The notes beneath the pieces are model-generated. The model worked only from the letters and a program-made list of their open reading frames with translations, did no database searches and was not told where the DNA came from. DNA of 64,000 bases from Lingula anatina (lineage: Eukaryota > Animalia > Brachiopoda): assembly GCA_051362555.1 (NCBI GenBank), contig CM120640.1, forward strand, positions 65,698,788 through 65,762,787, given 5' to 3'. A program made the position numbers and the translations under genes. Shown here piece after piece: positions 49,997 through 61,900 of the stretch; position 1 is the stretch's first letter, and each line of letters starts with the position of its first letter.

Positions 49997-50296
49997 TTAA
50001 CAGCAAGATTCCGTGTGTGCAGTGCATCTGCAACTTGATTGGCAATTGTCTTGAAACCCATCGTAATGTCGCTGTGGAACTTGGGCTCCTGATGAACTAC
50101 TGAAAGTGATATTCCTCTCGCGCATTAACGCACAGTATTTCTGAAGACACACAGTAAGAAAAAGGACTAGAATGATGAAAGCAAACCCTGAGCCAAGTAA
50201 ACTTTTTGATATGTCCGCCAGTGGATTGTCGTGCACAGCGAAATCGGAACCTACGTCACCAAGCACACCTTGCTCCTCTGCTGTGTCGTTTGTCAT
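49997..50296 (-). CDS. Small single-pass membrane protein (~99 aa, type III-like)
   Basis: MTNDTAEEQ... with an N-terminal NDT sequon, an acidic ectodomain, TM LLGSGFAFIILVLFLTVCL and a Cys-rich C-terminus. Upstream acceptor tgtattcag at ~50419. Confidence 0.5.
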   Translation of the reverse strand: MTNDTAEEQGVLGDVGSDFAVHDNPLADISKSLLGSGFAFIILVLFLTVCLQKYCALMRERNITFSSSSGAQVPQRHYDGFQDNCQSSCRCTAHTESCC

Positions 50297-52739
50297 CCCT
50301 AGGTCTGGCCAGAATACATACAAGTCTAAATGTGTTGAAAAGGCGTTGTTCTCGGGTCGCATTAAATGTACAAAATCACCGTGTGATCTTCCGAATGTTA
50401 TTAACAATTGCCTGTAATCTGAATACACAAAAATATTAACAACGCGTCTACGTCACAGAACAGCAGTGACAACAAAAGCAATGTTTTACTTCTGTTGACA
50501 TCGTGTGTTTGCAGAATTCCTTGAAACACAAAGGGAGATAAGATCCTGCTGTGATTATCTCGAAGAAAGCTAAGTATCTCTCATTACTAGGATGCAATAT
50601 TCCAAGTGTTATATGAGAGCACGGGCGACGGAGAAGAAAATAATTATAGCTTATATAGATTATAAAACCAGTGGAACACGTTCATCCATATATAGAACAT
50701 ACTCTATTCATCACATACAGATATGGAGAGTGAGAGATTACGGCATCGTGGATTTCATTAAAAAGGGCAGAGTTTAAATATATGACTGTAAAATATTTAA
50801 ATAAAAGACTTTCCCAAGACTATATTAATATTGACTGATATTCCTCTATCTTAAAATATGTTGAAACTTCAGAAAACATTTTTTTCTTTTTGCAAAAGGG
50901 ATACATTTTTAGGACCGGCCTCACTTTTCTTGCACTAACAACAAACGTGTTAACTTTGATGTTTAGTTACGTGAATTTAGGCCACCAGCCTATAATACAT
51001 TACAGTAACAGGAGTCAAATTTATGCCTTCTATATATCCCTAAGTTTGAAGCACTCATACACATACATTGACAAGTTTGTTAAGAGAGTTGCATCTTCAG
51101 ATTTCATGAGCTTATTAAAGTTGAATACGTTTGCCTGAATGCCGGGAATATATTTGGCTCTGTAGCCATTATATCGTGGACACACAAGCACGAAATGGTA
51201 CTCGTCCTCTATGTATGCTTCATTATAAGCGTTGCAGCAGAAATCACAATGTCTAAATTTGGGATATATATATTTATATATATTTAAAAAAACGTGTTAA
51301 TATATTTATTTTTTCAAATTTAGCTGGGAAGTATACAGTTACTCTAATAGGCTTTTAAAAATGACTGAATGCATTGTACCATCTGCAGTTTTGTTATATG
51401 GTTTCATTTCAGTCCGGAGCTACTGGTAGTTTTTTCAATTTGTAGGCTACATCCACACAGTAGAGACTCATTTCAAACGAGATAACAATAAAATTCGAAC
51501 GAATCTATCTAAATTTACACCTTAAAGACGCCGAATTATTGGTACGAAACTCGGTTTTTGTTCAAATTGGCTTTAATTTTTTAATCCTTTTCCTCATGGC
51601 TAATTTTGAACTCTATCTGTTCCATTCATCAAAGTCTGTATCTACGAGTAATTAATGATGAACTTCTGTTAAGAGACTCTTCATCTCGAACTTTCAAGTA
51701 CTCTTATTTCATTTGTTTTCTGCAGCAATTTTGCGTAGATATCAAGTCGTTATAATTTCCCTATATATTTTTATTCAAAACACAGTCATACGCTAAAAAA
51801 TTCCGGATTAATTTGACCTAATTGCAACATACATCTAGCATATAAATAACAATTCGGGGCATGACAATTTTGAATTATGTGAGGAAACGGAACATTTATT
51901 CGTATTTTGTATAGTCATCTGAAACTTCTGAGAAATTTAACAACAGCACTTCTTATTATATTGATAAAAGCTTTGCGGTTTGCTTATATTCGAGAGCAAG
52001 CTTATGATACTTACGATGGAGAATCTCTATACAGCATAAAAGGTCCAGAGGTATAGCAATTCAAATAAGCAAATAAATCAGATACAACATTTGGCCAATT
52101 AAATCAATTATTGAAATAAGAAGTTCATTAATATTGTTAGTCCTGCAGCCTATAAATCAACATAAAATGAAAACCGGTTATTGAAATTGTAAGAAATGTA
52201 TATAACCAAATAAACATCAACCATTTTTATAAACATAGATCTACACCTATTTTTGAACATATATTTAAAAAAAGGTAATAAGTTTAAATCGGTAGATATT
52301 CTTCACATTTTTTACACAAATAATTGTTTTACGTGACTTAGAATTGGTAAGGTCGATTACAAATCATGATCATAAAATGAATTGTAAGGTAAAGGTGAAA
52401 AAACAAAAAGCATAACTAGTGACTAAAGTTTTTTGGGGGGCTGGATGATCATAAGTATAGTTCTTGTAATGCTGCAAGACATGTTTGGTTTCCTATTTTT
52501 AAAAGTGACAATGATAGATTCCCTGCTTTTTCTTTATCCCAACCATATACCTAAATGCTTTCAACTAATTGACACATTAGTTAACATTATAATATTTCAT
52601 ATTTTGTTATGCTTTCTTCGTGTTTGAATCCGTGTTTTTATAGAATATTAGACAACACTTTCTTTCGTATCTGTCAGAAAATTGGCAAACCCGAATTACC
52701 AAAAGTCCTTAAACAAAGAGAAATATATCCACAAGAAAT

Positions 52740-53090
52740 TTAAAAAATCTACATAAGAAGCAAGATTATCGGGCAGGATCTACCCAAGCGGGGTGATATT
52801 TTTAAAGACAGAATGGCGAAAAGAACTATCAACATCATGGAAGACTCTTCTCATCCTGCATCATCACTTTTTACGTTTTTACCAAGCAATAGTAGACTTC
52901 TAACTTTTAAAGGCAGTAAACTGCTTTTTAATTAGTTTTTACCCAAGTGCAGTGACGCATTTTAATTTGATCTCAAAACCTAATTCTTTATGTATCTATT
53001 GTATTACTTTTACTCTGTACATTATGAAACTTGCTCTAAATGGAAAATGATTTCCGATTTTTATAATTGGCTAAGTAAACTCTTATCTTA
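52740..53090 (+). mobile_element. Rex1/Babar-type LINE 3' fragment
   Basis: Translates SKIIGQDLP...INIMEDSSHPASSLFTFLPS, a typical Rex-Babar ORF2 end. Ends in a TCTTATCTTA tail. Confidence 0.7.
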
Positions 53091-53102
53091 ACAGAGTCGA
53101 CA

Positions 53103-53106
<4 letters not shown>

Positions 53107-53145
<39 letters not shown>

Positions 53146-53242
53146 GCTTCCAGAAACCTATTATAATTTGTAATATGTCCTATGAAGCAAAAGATTAACA
53201 AGAAATAAACAAACAAAAAAAAAAAATAAAATAAAAATAAAA

Positions 53243-53273
<31 letters not shown>

Positions 53274-53274
53274 A
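53107..53274. repeat. (TG)n and (TAAA)n microsatellites
   Basis: TG run at 53107-53141; TAAA(A) run at ~53227-53274. Confidence 0.9.
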
Positions 53275-54610
53275 AGGGAACACTTTTCATTAAAGTCGTT
53301 GATGTAGAGAGACAACTCCAGATAAACACTGAGTATGGGCAACAGTAATAGTGTTAATCTTTCTCGTTATCAGAGGTGGAATTACAATTAAACTCAACTT
53401 TTGAAGTCATTCCATGCACGCTTGGAGATGTTAACTAATGTGAAGAAACCCAAATTCATGGTAATTAATGGTGTCGAGGGAAGCCGTGAGGGCATTTGCA
53501 CGGCAGGATTGCAATTTGTTCACTAATTTCGGTCTTGGACCCATTAAGTGAAGCTTTTGGCCAAGGCGGGAATTTCGTCTGTTCAATCACATGCATTAAA
53601 TATAGAACCGTAGTTTCTTAAGTTCTCCACCTTTGTTCAAAAATACGATAACCCTCGTTCAAAACAACAGTGATTTTCCCTTTTGGATAAAGCGGGAAGT
53701 TCTTGGATTCCGTGTTACTTAGTTTTATCTACTATACATGAAGCAAAAATCATATCTTAGCGGATGGGCAAAGACCGCTAACATCATGTACGTCAACCCT
53801 TAAAATACACACACTGGACAATAGTGTCACCCCCTGAATCAGAGTAATCAAATGCCTGGTCTACTTAAAATGTGACTAATGAGTATAAAACCGCTGTACC
53901 ATGGAATTGTATTGTTTGACTTTTTGTGAATTTTGATGTTAATAAAATGATACCAGGAGCATATCATTCCACAGTCATTTATCTCCCCCTAAGTATTGGT
54001 TCAGTAGGGGTGACATTTCTTTTGTCCAGTGTGTGTAGTATAGTAGAAATAGTAGGCCTACAGCAGTGGGATGAGGATATCCACGCCAAACGACTTAACG
54101 TTGACGGAGCGCGCGGAGAAATTTAACTAGTTTAAATAAAAAAATGTTACATTTTAAGCACCCTGATTATAGTGACTTTATTGTAAACATAATAAATTTT
54201 GAAATAAAGAAAACCATCAACACATGCAACGGTTTCTTGATCATTTATAATATGTGTGAATATATATATGTACCACGATGTAACAGTACTGGCATACACG
54301 TATACATGTGCCTGGTGTAGATTGCACGACAATATGTTAGACATTAAATAAGTGGGCTGTAGATAGAATAACAAGCGGTAGCCCTAAACTCAACTCTAGC
54401 ACGTTGGTCTAAATACGTAAAAGTGAGCCCCGAGGAAAGTTAAATGGTAGCACACAAACAGTGCACGTGTTTCTTAAAATAAACAATGGTACGGTTTGGG
54501 ATAGTATTCAATGCCTCTTTTGTTTTGGCACAGTTTACAAGGTAAGGATAACATACTGAAACTAATATTGCTGATTAACTTGATACCGACCCTTATCAAA
54601 AACATTTATC

Positions 54611-55420
54611 CTAGATCGGAGGCCTAGTGTAAGCTTTAAACACAGGTTGGCACAAGCACGCGCTGATGATGACACTTAAAATTCCCAAAACACAAAAAGC
54701 CACGCCCAATCCTATTAGCAAAGAAGTTTGCTCTGCGAACCACGTTTTCATGATTTTTATACATCCATGAGGGTAAAAATGTTCATAGTTGCTCAGTGAA
54801 TCACGCTTCGCCTCCAGGATACATGCTGTATAATTATTCGGTGGTTCTAAAATGTACTGACTAGTAACAGGTATGGTGCAACAGGTGGGTGGAAGGTACT
54901 GGCCTGACAGCTTTCCCCAGACACTCTCTCTGTAATCTTGAGGTCTTAATGCCCCACAACATTGGAAAGTGTACTGGAGAGTACCAAATTTCACATAAAC
55001 GTCCACAGACGTGAAATTGTGGATAATATCGTTGTACAGAGTCCGTGGAAGATCAGCATTGTCTAAAAGGCGACTCCTGGCAATTCCAATCAGAACACAG
55101 CCAGCAAACACGCCGACTGTTGCTGTGGACACCAAAATAATGAAGAAAACGTAAGGACACAGTTTATTTTGCGTTGCTACACAGCAACCGATCGTGACTA
55201 TCCCGAAGACGACGACCGCACCAACTGCTATGAATACGTAGAGCCCGTAGGTGGCTACATCAACTCCTGGGACTGCTTGCTCCATAGCATGCTGTCTGCT
55301 GTATGCTGCTTCATCTATGACCATCCACAGTCCACTGACCATTAAGGCAGCCCCTATCACCCATAGACAGAAGTTGGCGACCGCTAGGCCTCTCTTTAGA
55401 AGGGCGCTTTTATCACACAT
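54611..55420 (-). CDS. Tetraspanin, intronless CDS (269 aa)
   Basis: Four hydrophobic helices; TM2-end IGCC; large-loop motifs FQCCG..PQDY, LPPTCC and HGC; C-terminal YTRPPI. TATA-like TATATAAA at ~55517-55524 on the minus strand. Confidence 0.92.
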   Translation of the reverse strand: MCDKSALLKRGLAVANFCLWVIGAALMVSGLWMVIDEAAYSRQHAMEQAVPGVDVATYGLYVFIAVGAVVVFGIVTIGCCVATQNKLCPYVFFIILVSTATVGVFAGCVLIGIARSRLLDNADLPRTLYNDIIHNFTSVDVYVKFGTLQYTFQCCGALRPQDYRESVWGKLSGQYLPPTCCTIPVTSQYILEPPNNYTACILEAKRDSLSNYEHFYPHGCIKIMKTWFAEQTSLLIGLGVAFCVLGILSVIISACLCQPVFKAYTRPPI

Positions 55421-56554
55421 TACTACTTGTAGGCCTACTACCAGGGCGTGGCCTTTGTCGTAGAACTTATTTATCGGTGTATAGTGTTTACGAATACTGT
55501 CGTCATGAGAAGCCTGTTTATATACCTTATCTCTGCAAAGAGTTGATCATATTGTACTGGCCCGCCTCCCTGCATTCTCTTTCATACACTCAACGCCCGG
55601 TGCGACAGTTAAAAATGATATGCCCTACTTTCGTCGCTTCCATTAACAATCAATACCTATCTGAATGGCAATCCTTGACTTCCTTTTGTAACTATAAATC
55701 TACGCCTGATGTCACATGTAACCACGGACGGCTGCATTCCTTACAGACCGTTTTCTGTGCACCGAAAGCTTTATTTCGAAAGCACGAAAACCTGTTGCAC
55801 GGGGAATGTAATATGAACAGAATATGAACACCGATATCGCGCCCCCTATTGAGAAATATATGAATGTAAAATCTTTTTAGTAACTCGTGTGCGACGACAT
55901 CGGCGACACGGTGTTAAGCAGGCAACGACCTGGGCCAATGGTGTAACTGATATAGACATCATTTACATGCCTGTTGACGTAGGTCCCAGTAAGCAAAGAA
56001 ACTAGGACCCATCAAACAAGTTTCATGAGTACCCACCTATCTTGAAATAAGTAGTTTTTAATGTGTAAAACTTATTACTTCTGATGTGGCTTCTGATGCT
56101 GAGCAAAAAATAGTAGGCCTACACACTTAAGAGTACGACTCGTTATTGAAATAAAAAATTTTCTTGGCACATGTTGTTCTATGTTCACAGCTCCTGCAGA
56201 ATTCTAACTAAAATGAAATTAATTAAATAACGTGAACTGAGAGTGCCCACGTCATTTTAATAACACTTTTGTTGATTTTAAGAATTTATCCGTTTAGGGC
56301 CTTATGAAGTGAAAATGCATGGGTCGGGGTGGGGCTCGGTGTGGTGTGGTGGAGGCAGCTGTAACACTGGTGTTTGCAGGTTATTAATTTGTACTGCCTG
56401 TGGGACGTTTGACGTTGACTGAAGGAAAAGTAAGTTTTTATAAATACTTCATTTCATACAGAAAAGCAACACTACACGTTACTACACAATGATAGACAAA
56501 CAAAGACAACTTCCACACCACTCACACAATGAGAAAAATTACGTGTAAATAACA

Positions 56555-57214
56555 GATGAGATGGGCTAGTTGGCCCGGATAGACAGCTTATTACTAGTAT
56601 GGCCTTGTAGAGTCAACTGAGAATGAGTAAGAGCAACAAAACCGGTTTGAAAACAAGCGCCAATAATTCAGCTACAAAGGCAACGTCATTATTTTGCAAA
56701 CATAATTCCAGATGGGTCGCTATTTGACAAAAACCGCACCTGACAATGACCGGGGGGAGGGTGGGGAGGGGGGCGCAAAGGATTGTGGTGTATATGAGGG
56801 TCTAACTTGCCTCAAGTCAAGAGGTCCAACTAGCCCAGCTAGGTGCGCATTTTTTTCTTATTTTAAGGTATTTTAATATATTTGCAGCCTTTTTTAATGC
56901 TAGCAACGACTACGATGATACATTTCTGTGAAAACTGAAACAATTAGCTTTAATTTGATGCCCTATACATATACTTTATTAAGCCTATGCAAATATTTTT
57001 TACAAACCTTAATCAAGTTACTTTTAGATGCAGAAAATATCATTTGATCTCACAGCATAAGTGACATTTTTTTATAACCGACGCTTTCTTGGCATTGTTG
57101 GATACGGTCACTTTACAAGATTGTGCGATCATTTTTTTTTTTACCTCGTAGTTACTTTTCAAATATTGGCGTGAGGCAACTTACCCCGGGGTCCACCTAG
57201 CCCCGGTTTCCCAT
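56555..57214. mobile_element. Non-autonomous DNA transposon remnant (Tc1/pogo-like subterminal repeats)
   Basis: GGGCTAGTTGGCCC at ~56563 is inverted relative to GGGTCCACCTAGCCCCGGTTTCCCATA at ~57189-57214. Internal copy GGTCCAACTAGCCC at ~56823. Confidence 0.5.
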
Positions 57215-57649
57215 ACCGTAGGTTTTATTGGGGATTTGGGTTATAACGTTAATATATTAGACCTGGAGAAATTCGCCTACGAAATTTCCGGAGTTTTTCT
57301 GTATTACATCTACTGATCTGTCTCTTAATAGCAAACATTAAGTGAAAGCTGACTTCTGTTCCCCAAAAACCCATAATTCGCCGCCAACATCAACTGATAA
57401 CAAGCTGCTTTTTTAAGTTCAAATCTGAGTTGCCTATCTTGTTTGAAGAAACAGGTGCTGACACTTAGCGGTATTGTCTGTGGTTAAATACGTAAATTTC
57501 AACATTTTCACAGAACTGATTTATTTTCAGTCAACCTGCCCCTCTAATAGTGAATCCACGTAAGTTTGAACATATTTAAAATAATCACTAAACTTGAAAT
57601 CACATCTTTCAGTCTTGTTCAAGCCAATACATCTGAAAATTCAAACACT

Positions 57650-57800
57650 GCCATGACGCACTTCCGGCAGCCAGCTGCATTGCATGGCGGTCTTGGAGTG
57701 TTGACTTTTGGGTAAGTTCCCAGTGTTCATTGGTAATATTTCCCATGTTCCCAACCGAAGTGTAGGGCAGAACTAGAGTCCTGTGAAACTTTGGGGCTTT
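57650..57800 (+). promoter_or_regulatory. ZNF143 promoter / non-coding exon 1 with Staf-like sites
   Basis: TGACGCA (57654), ETS CACTTCCGG (57659), YY1-type ATGGCGG (57684), donor G|GTAAGT at 57712, and SBS-like TTCCCAGTGTTCATTG (57717-32). Confidence 0.6.
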
Positions 57801-58250
57801 TAGTACTTTAAAACATGTTTGAGAGACCAGAAAATTCAGTATTGAAGAATCCTTCTTTAAAGATGTCTCAGGGCTGTGTATGTGGATTTTCGTTCTTTCA
57901 AAAAGTTGTTTTCACCCCGACGTTGACTGTACCCGGTTTATATCATGCCTACAGCCGGTCGAATTTTTCGTCTGCTAGTTTCAGATATAAGAGTAAAGAC
58001 ACAATAGTTCTTGAAACAGGACTGTTAAACTGTTTGGGATGATCAACTTTTGAATATTTCTTGTTTAATTGGTGCACGGAGACAGCACAGTGAGATCATG
58101 GCGCTATTGTTTTGGTTTTTGAAATTCACATCGACTTGGCTAAAAAAAAAAAAGCTCTCTGTGTAGACAAAAGTGGAGCTGTCTGCCTATCTGAAGTCAT
58201 AATGCTCCAAAAGGGCAATAACACCTGGCATTTAATTGTTTTAATTGAAG

Positions 58251-58422
58251 CAGTTGGGGCGGGTCCAGAGATATTTTCTGACAGTCTTCCACATTATCTT
58301 TGTTGATCCATCCTCCATTTTTTGACCGTCTTCCGACAGAAAAAATTAGGTACTCATCAATATAAACTAAGAAATTTGACCGTCTTCCGGAAGACCCAGA
58401 AGACCGCCTCAATCCGCCCCTG
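58251..58422. mobile_element. hAT-like MITE in ZNF143 intron 1
   Basis: Ends CAGTTGGGGCGGGTCCAG and ATCCGCCCCTG. Internal repeat TTTGACCGTCTTCCG occurs twice. Confidence 0.55.
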
Positions 58423-58991
58423 GTCTGCAGTCATGCATGTCTACTCTCCTTGGAGGCTTGTATCTCAAGTGGCCGAAAATCTTAAACCTGATTATTTTGA
58501 GGTTGTGGACACTATTTATTTCAGTGTTTCAGGTTTTAGCTTGTTATGGCATCCTGCCTCAATTACTACCATATGAGAGCTTATAGTAGTCTGTAATAAT
58601 TTCCTAGATTAATTTATTGCTATCTTTTTATTATTATTGTTATTTTGTGTGACTGAATTTTTGACAGGCCATTCCATTTTAGATTATGTACTATGTTAAA
58701 TAGCTAGACTACTACTCGAATGCATGTTGATTTTGTATGTACGTATTATATTAATTTACAATTATTTAAGTTTTTTTGTTTGTATTCCGCAGAGTTGTAA
58801 AATATCTAATTGAAATTTGCTGTTTTACAACCAAGAAAAAGTTTCCAAATCCTCCACATGTAATAAGCTGCTATTTGACGAATTTAACAGTGTGAGTTTT
58901 TCATAATTTTGTCTTAGCACTTAAGTTTTCTTCTGCATTAGCCGTTATCTCACAGATTTGTGTTTTATGTTTCAGCAAAACACAGGTCAGC

Positions 58992-61900
58992 ATGGAAGAA
59001 GACGATGGCAGTACATGTTTGTTGGAGCAGAAAGTAGTTCCAAGTACATCAAGCACAGATCAACAGGTGATCAGCCTACTGTTACAGACCCAAGCGGTAA
59101 GTGGGATGAGTGCTGAAAATGGCTTCTAGAAGGATGATTTAAAAGAAGGAAGAGTTGCCTGGTCAAAAAATGTCCATCCTCATTGTAAGCCCCTCAACCT
59201 TACAGTGAAAAGCAAGGTAAATTACACATGGAATATTTGGGCCTCAGAGCAAATCCTTTCTTCCTATTTCTTATTTGGGAAGGCTGGGGCTTGATAAAAT
59301 TTGTTTGGGAAACAGGGTTGCATTCAGTATAGAAATGGGGTTGCATTCATCCCCCCCCCTCCCCCACCTTATTTTCTGTGATGCTGTGGATCTGTGATGC
59401 TGTGGTCCATCATGTTTTTACATAGCACTTTCTACAGCAGCACTTATGAGCATGGCTGTAGTAAATGGTTGCTAAGTATTGTGATTTTCAGGGTATAGTA
59501 CTGTATTAGATAAACCTGAGTACATCAGCCCTAATAAACAATGGTAATATAGGTATTTTTTCATTCTAGAATGGTTCTGGAGCAGGAGGCCAGGAAGGCC
59601 AGCTACAAACTGTCACCTTACCAGATGGGACCACGGCCATCATACAGCAAGGGATATCAAAGGGTAGGGATTTTACTTAGGCTCTGTTCTCACAACTTTT
59701 AGATCGATCTATCACCGCGGGGAGTCTCACTAGATTACTGTCAGATAATCCCCCTTAAGTGTCCGTCCCCGCCTACTACAAGCTTTAAGGGGTAATTAAC
59801 TTTCGTGTCCGCCCGGCTGACAGCTATTTAGCATGAACCCCCAGGGAGTTAGGTCGATCCAATGTAGGTCGATCTAATCTATGAGAATGGGGTGTAAGAC
59901 TAGGTGTTAGAGTTTTTTTACTTATTGCATAATGCTTAATTTTTGTTATCAGATATGTAGTGTTTTATCTGATAGCTTCATTTTCTAAATATTCCAGATG
60001 CCCGTTTGGTAGCTGGGGAGACTGTTCAGTTGTCAGATGGAACCACAGCAGTAGTGCAAGCAGTGACAGAAAAGACGGAAGATGGTAAAGTTTACTATGA
60101 TCAATGTTTTTCATGGTCTCTAGATAGGATGATGAAATAGAATTATTCTTTACTAAGAGACTAAATAATAATAAAATCAGTCAAATCTGAAGCAAAATCA
60201 CCATTCAAGTCACCAAGGTCCATAGGTGGTGGATGTGTTTGACTGACATTATTAAGTAAATAATAAATCTGCTTTACCATGGTAAGGTTTGTCTATCAGT
60301 TCAGGTGAAAAATGCTATTGTAAACAGTTAAAAAGTTTAGTAAATCATTATTCATGTTCAGTGTTGTTGTAAAATATGTGTACTTTCCAGGATCTGGTGA
60401 CCAGTTGCGTTTTGAAGAGGGCCAGGCAGTGCAATTAGAAGATGGCACCACTGCTTACATTCACCATACACCCAAAGGCAGCACAGGTATGATGATATAG
60501 CAACTAGCTAGCATATCTTTATTGATACATAAATTGAGTTCCTTGTCTTGTATAATCATTATTCATGAGACTACTATATTTTAATGTTAATATATATTCT
60601 GAGAGTAGTTATTGCACCTTGTACATTTATTATTTTCTTTAAGGATTGACATTTTTCTGAATAGGAAGTACTTAAATTGGTTTGTACTTTTGTGATCCCC
60701 CAGTTGCATATTTATATGGCAGTTCAGTTTTCAGTCTGTAGCTGTTGTAATTTCATATATTTGTTTACTTATCTCCTAAAAACATTCTGTAATTGGAAGA
60801 AGTGTCATTATATGGACAAGCATTTTCAGAATTGGGTATGGAAGGGTGCCATTGAACGATTTGATATAAATAGAATTATTACTGATAAGATGGCACTTGA
60901 TAATTTTGCCTTACCTGCATGTAACACAGTTGCACATGTTGTTTCTACAGAAGGTTTGCATGCTATACAGTTGGAAGATGGCACCACTGCATACATTGCC
61001 CAAGGAGCCACTGAGAATCTTTTTGCAGAGGGAGCCAGTACAATTGATCCAACGTCTGGACTTGGACTTGACCAGTTTGGACAACAGGTGTGGAAAAAGT
61101 GGAATTTTAACATTGGTTTACTTTTTTTCAATTTTTTTTCCAAATTTAGATTAAGTGTGATGATATCTCTTTGGATTTGATGTTCAAAGTTTTGGGCTGC
61201 ATGTAAATTATGCCAAGTTATGTTCAAATTCTGAATTTCCATCTAAAATATTTTACTTGATAAGTCAGTGATATATTCTTTTGTTATTTAATGTCAATAA
61301 CTGTAAAATAAAGTAAGGGATTACCATCATCTACATTGTAGGGGCTATTCATTTTCAAACTCACTCAAGCACTTGAAGAGAAGTATAAGACCTTGCATGA
61401 TAATCTGTTATTTACATTTTACAGTGGTGTCTCCCTCGATGGAAATTTTAACTGTCTGTTATTTCAGTCTCTGTTATATTATTTCAGGAAGTTCAGCAGG
61501 GTCTTGGTGTTGGCCCAGGTGTGGTCACATCCCAAGAGGAGAAAGATGGACAAACTATTGTGGTATGTGTAGACTGTGTGTGTTGATTTGTGTTGAGGTA
61601 TTGAGATCATGATACTTGTGTTAATTGCGAAGGTCAATGGAAATGATATTTTCTCATCAATGCCACTTATTCGTATACAATGAAATAAACAAATTATTGT
61701 CTTTTATTTCAAGAAAATATATGTAAATGAATTGATTATGTTTATAGTGCCAAGGGTCTCGTACATATACACAATAAAATTAACCAACTTTTGTCTTTGA
61801 TTTTCAGACTGTGGTACAGGATGGGCAGAACACACTGGCAAGGGGCTTCAAGTGTAACTATGAAGGCTGTGGGAGAATTTATACCACCCAACATCACTTA

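Noticed and set aside
53088-53342. 84-aa hydrophobic ORF
   Set aside because: Translation of (TAAA)n and (TG)n microsatellites.
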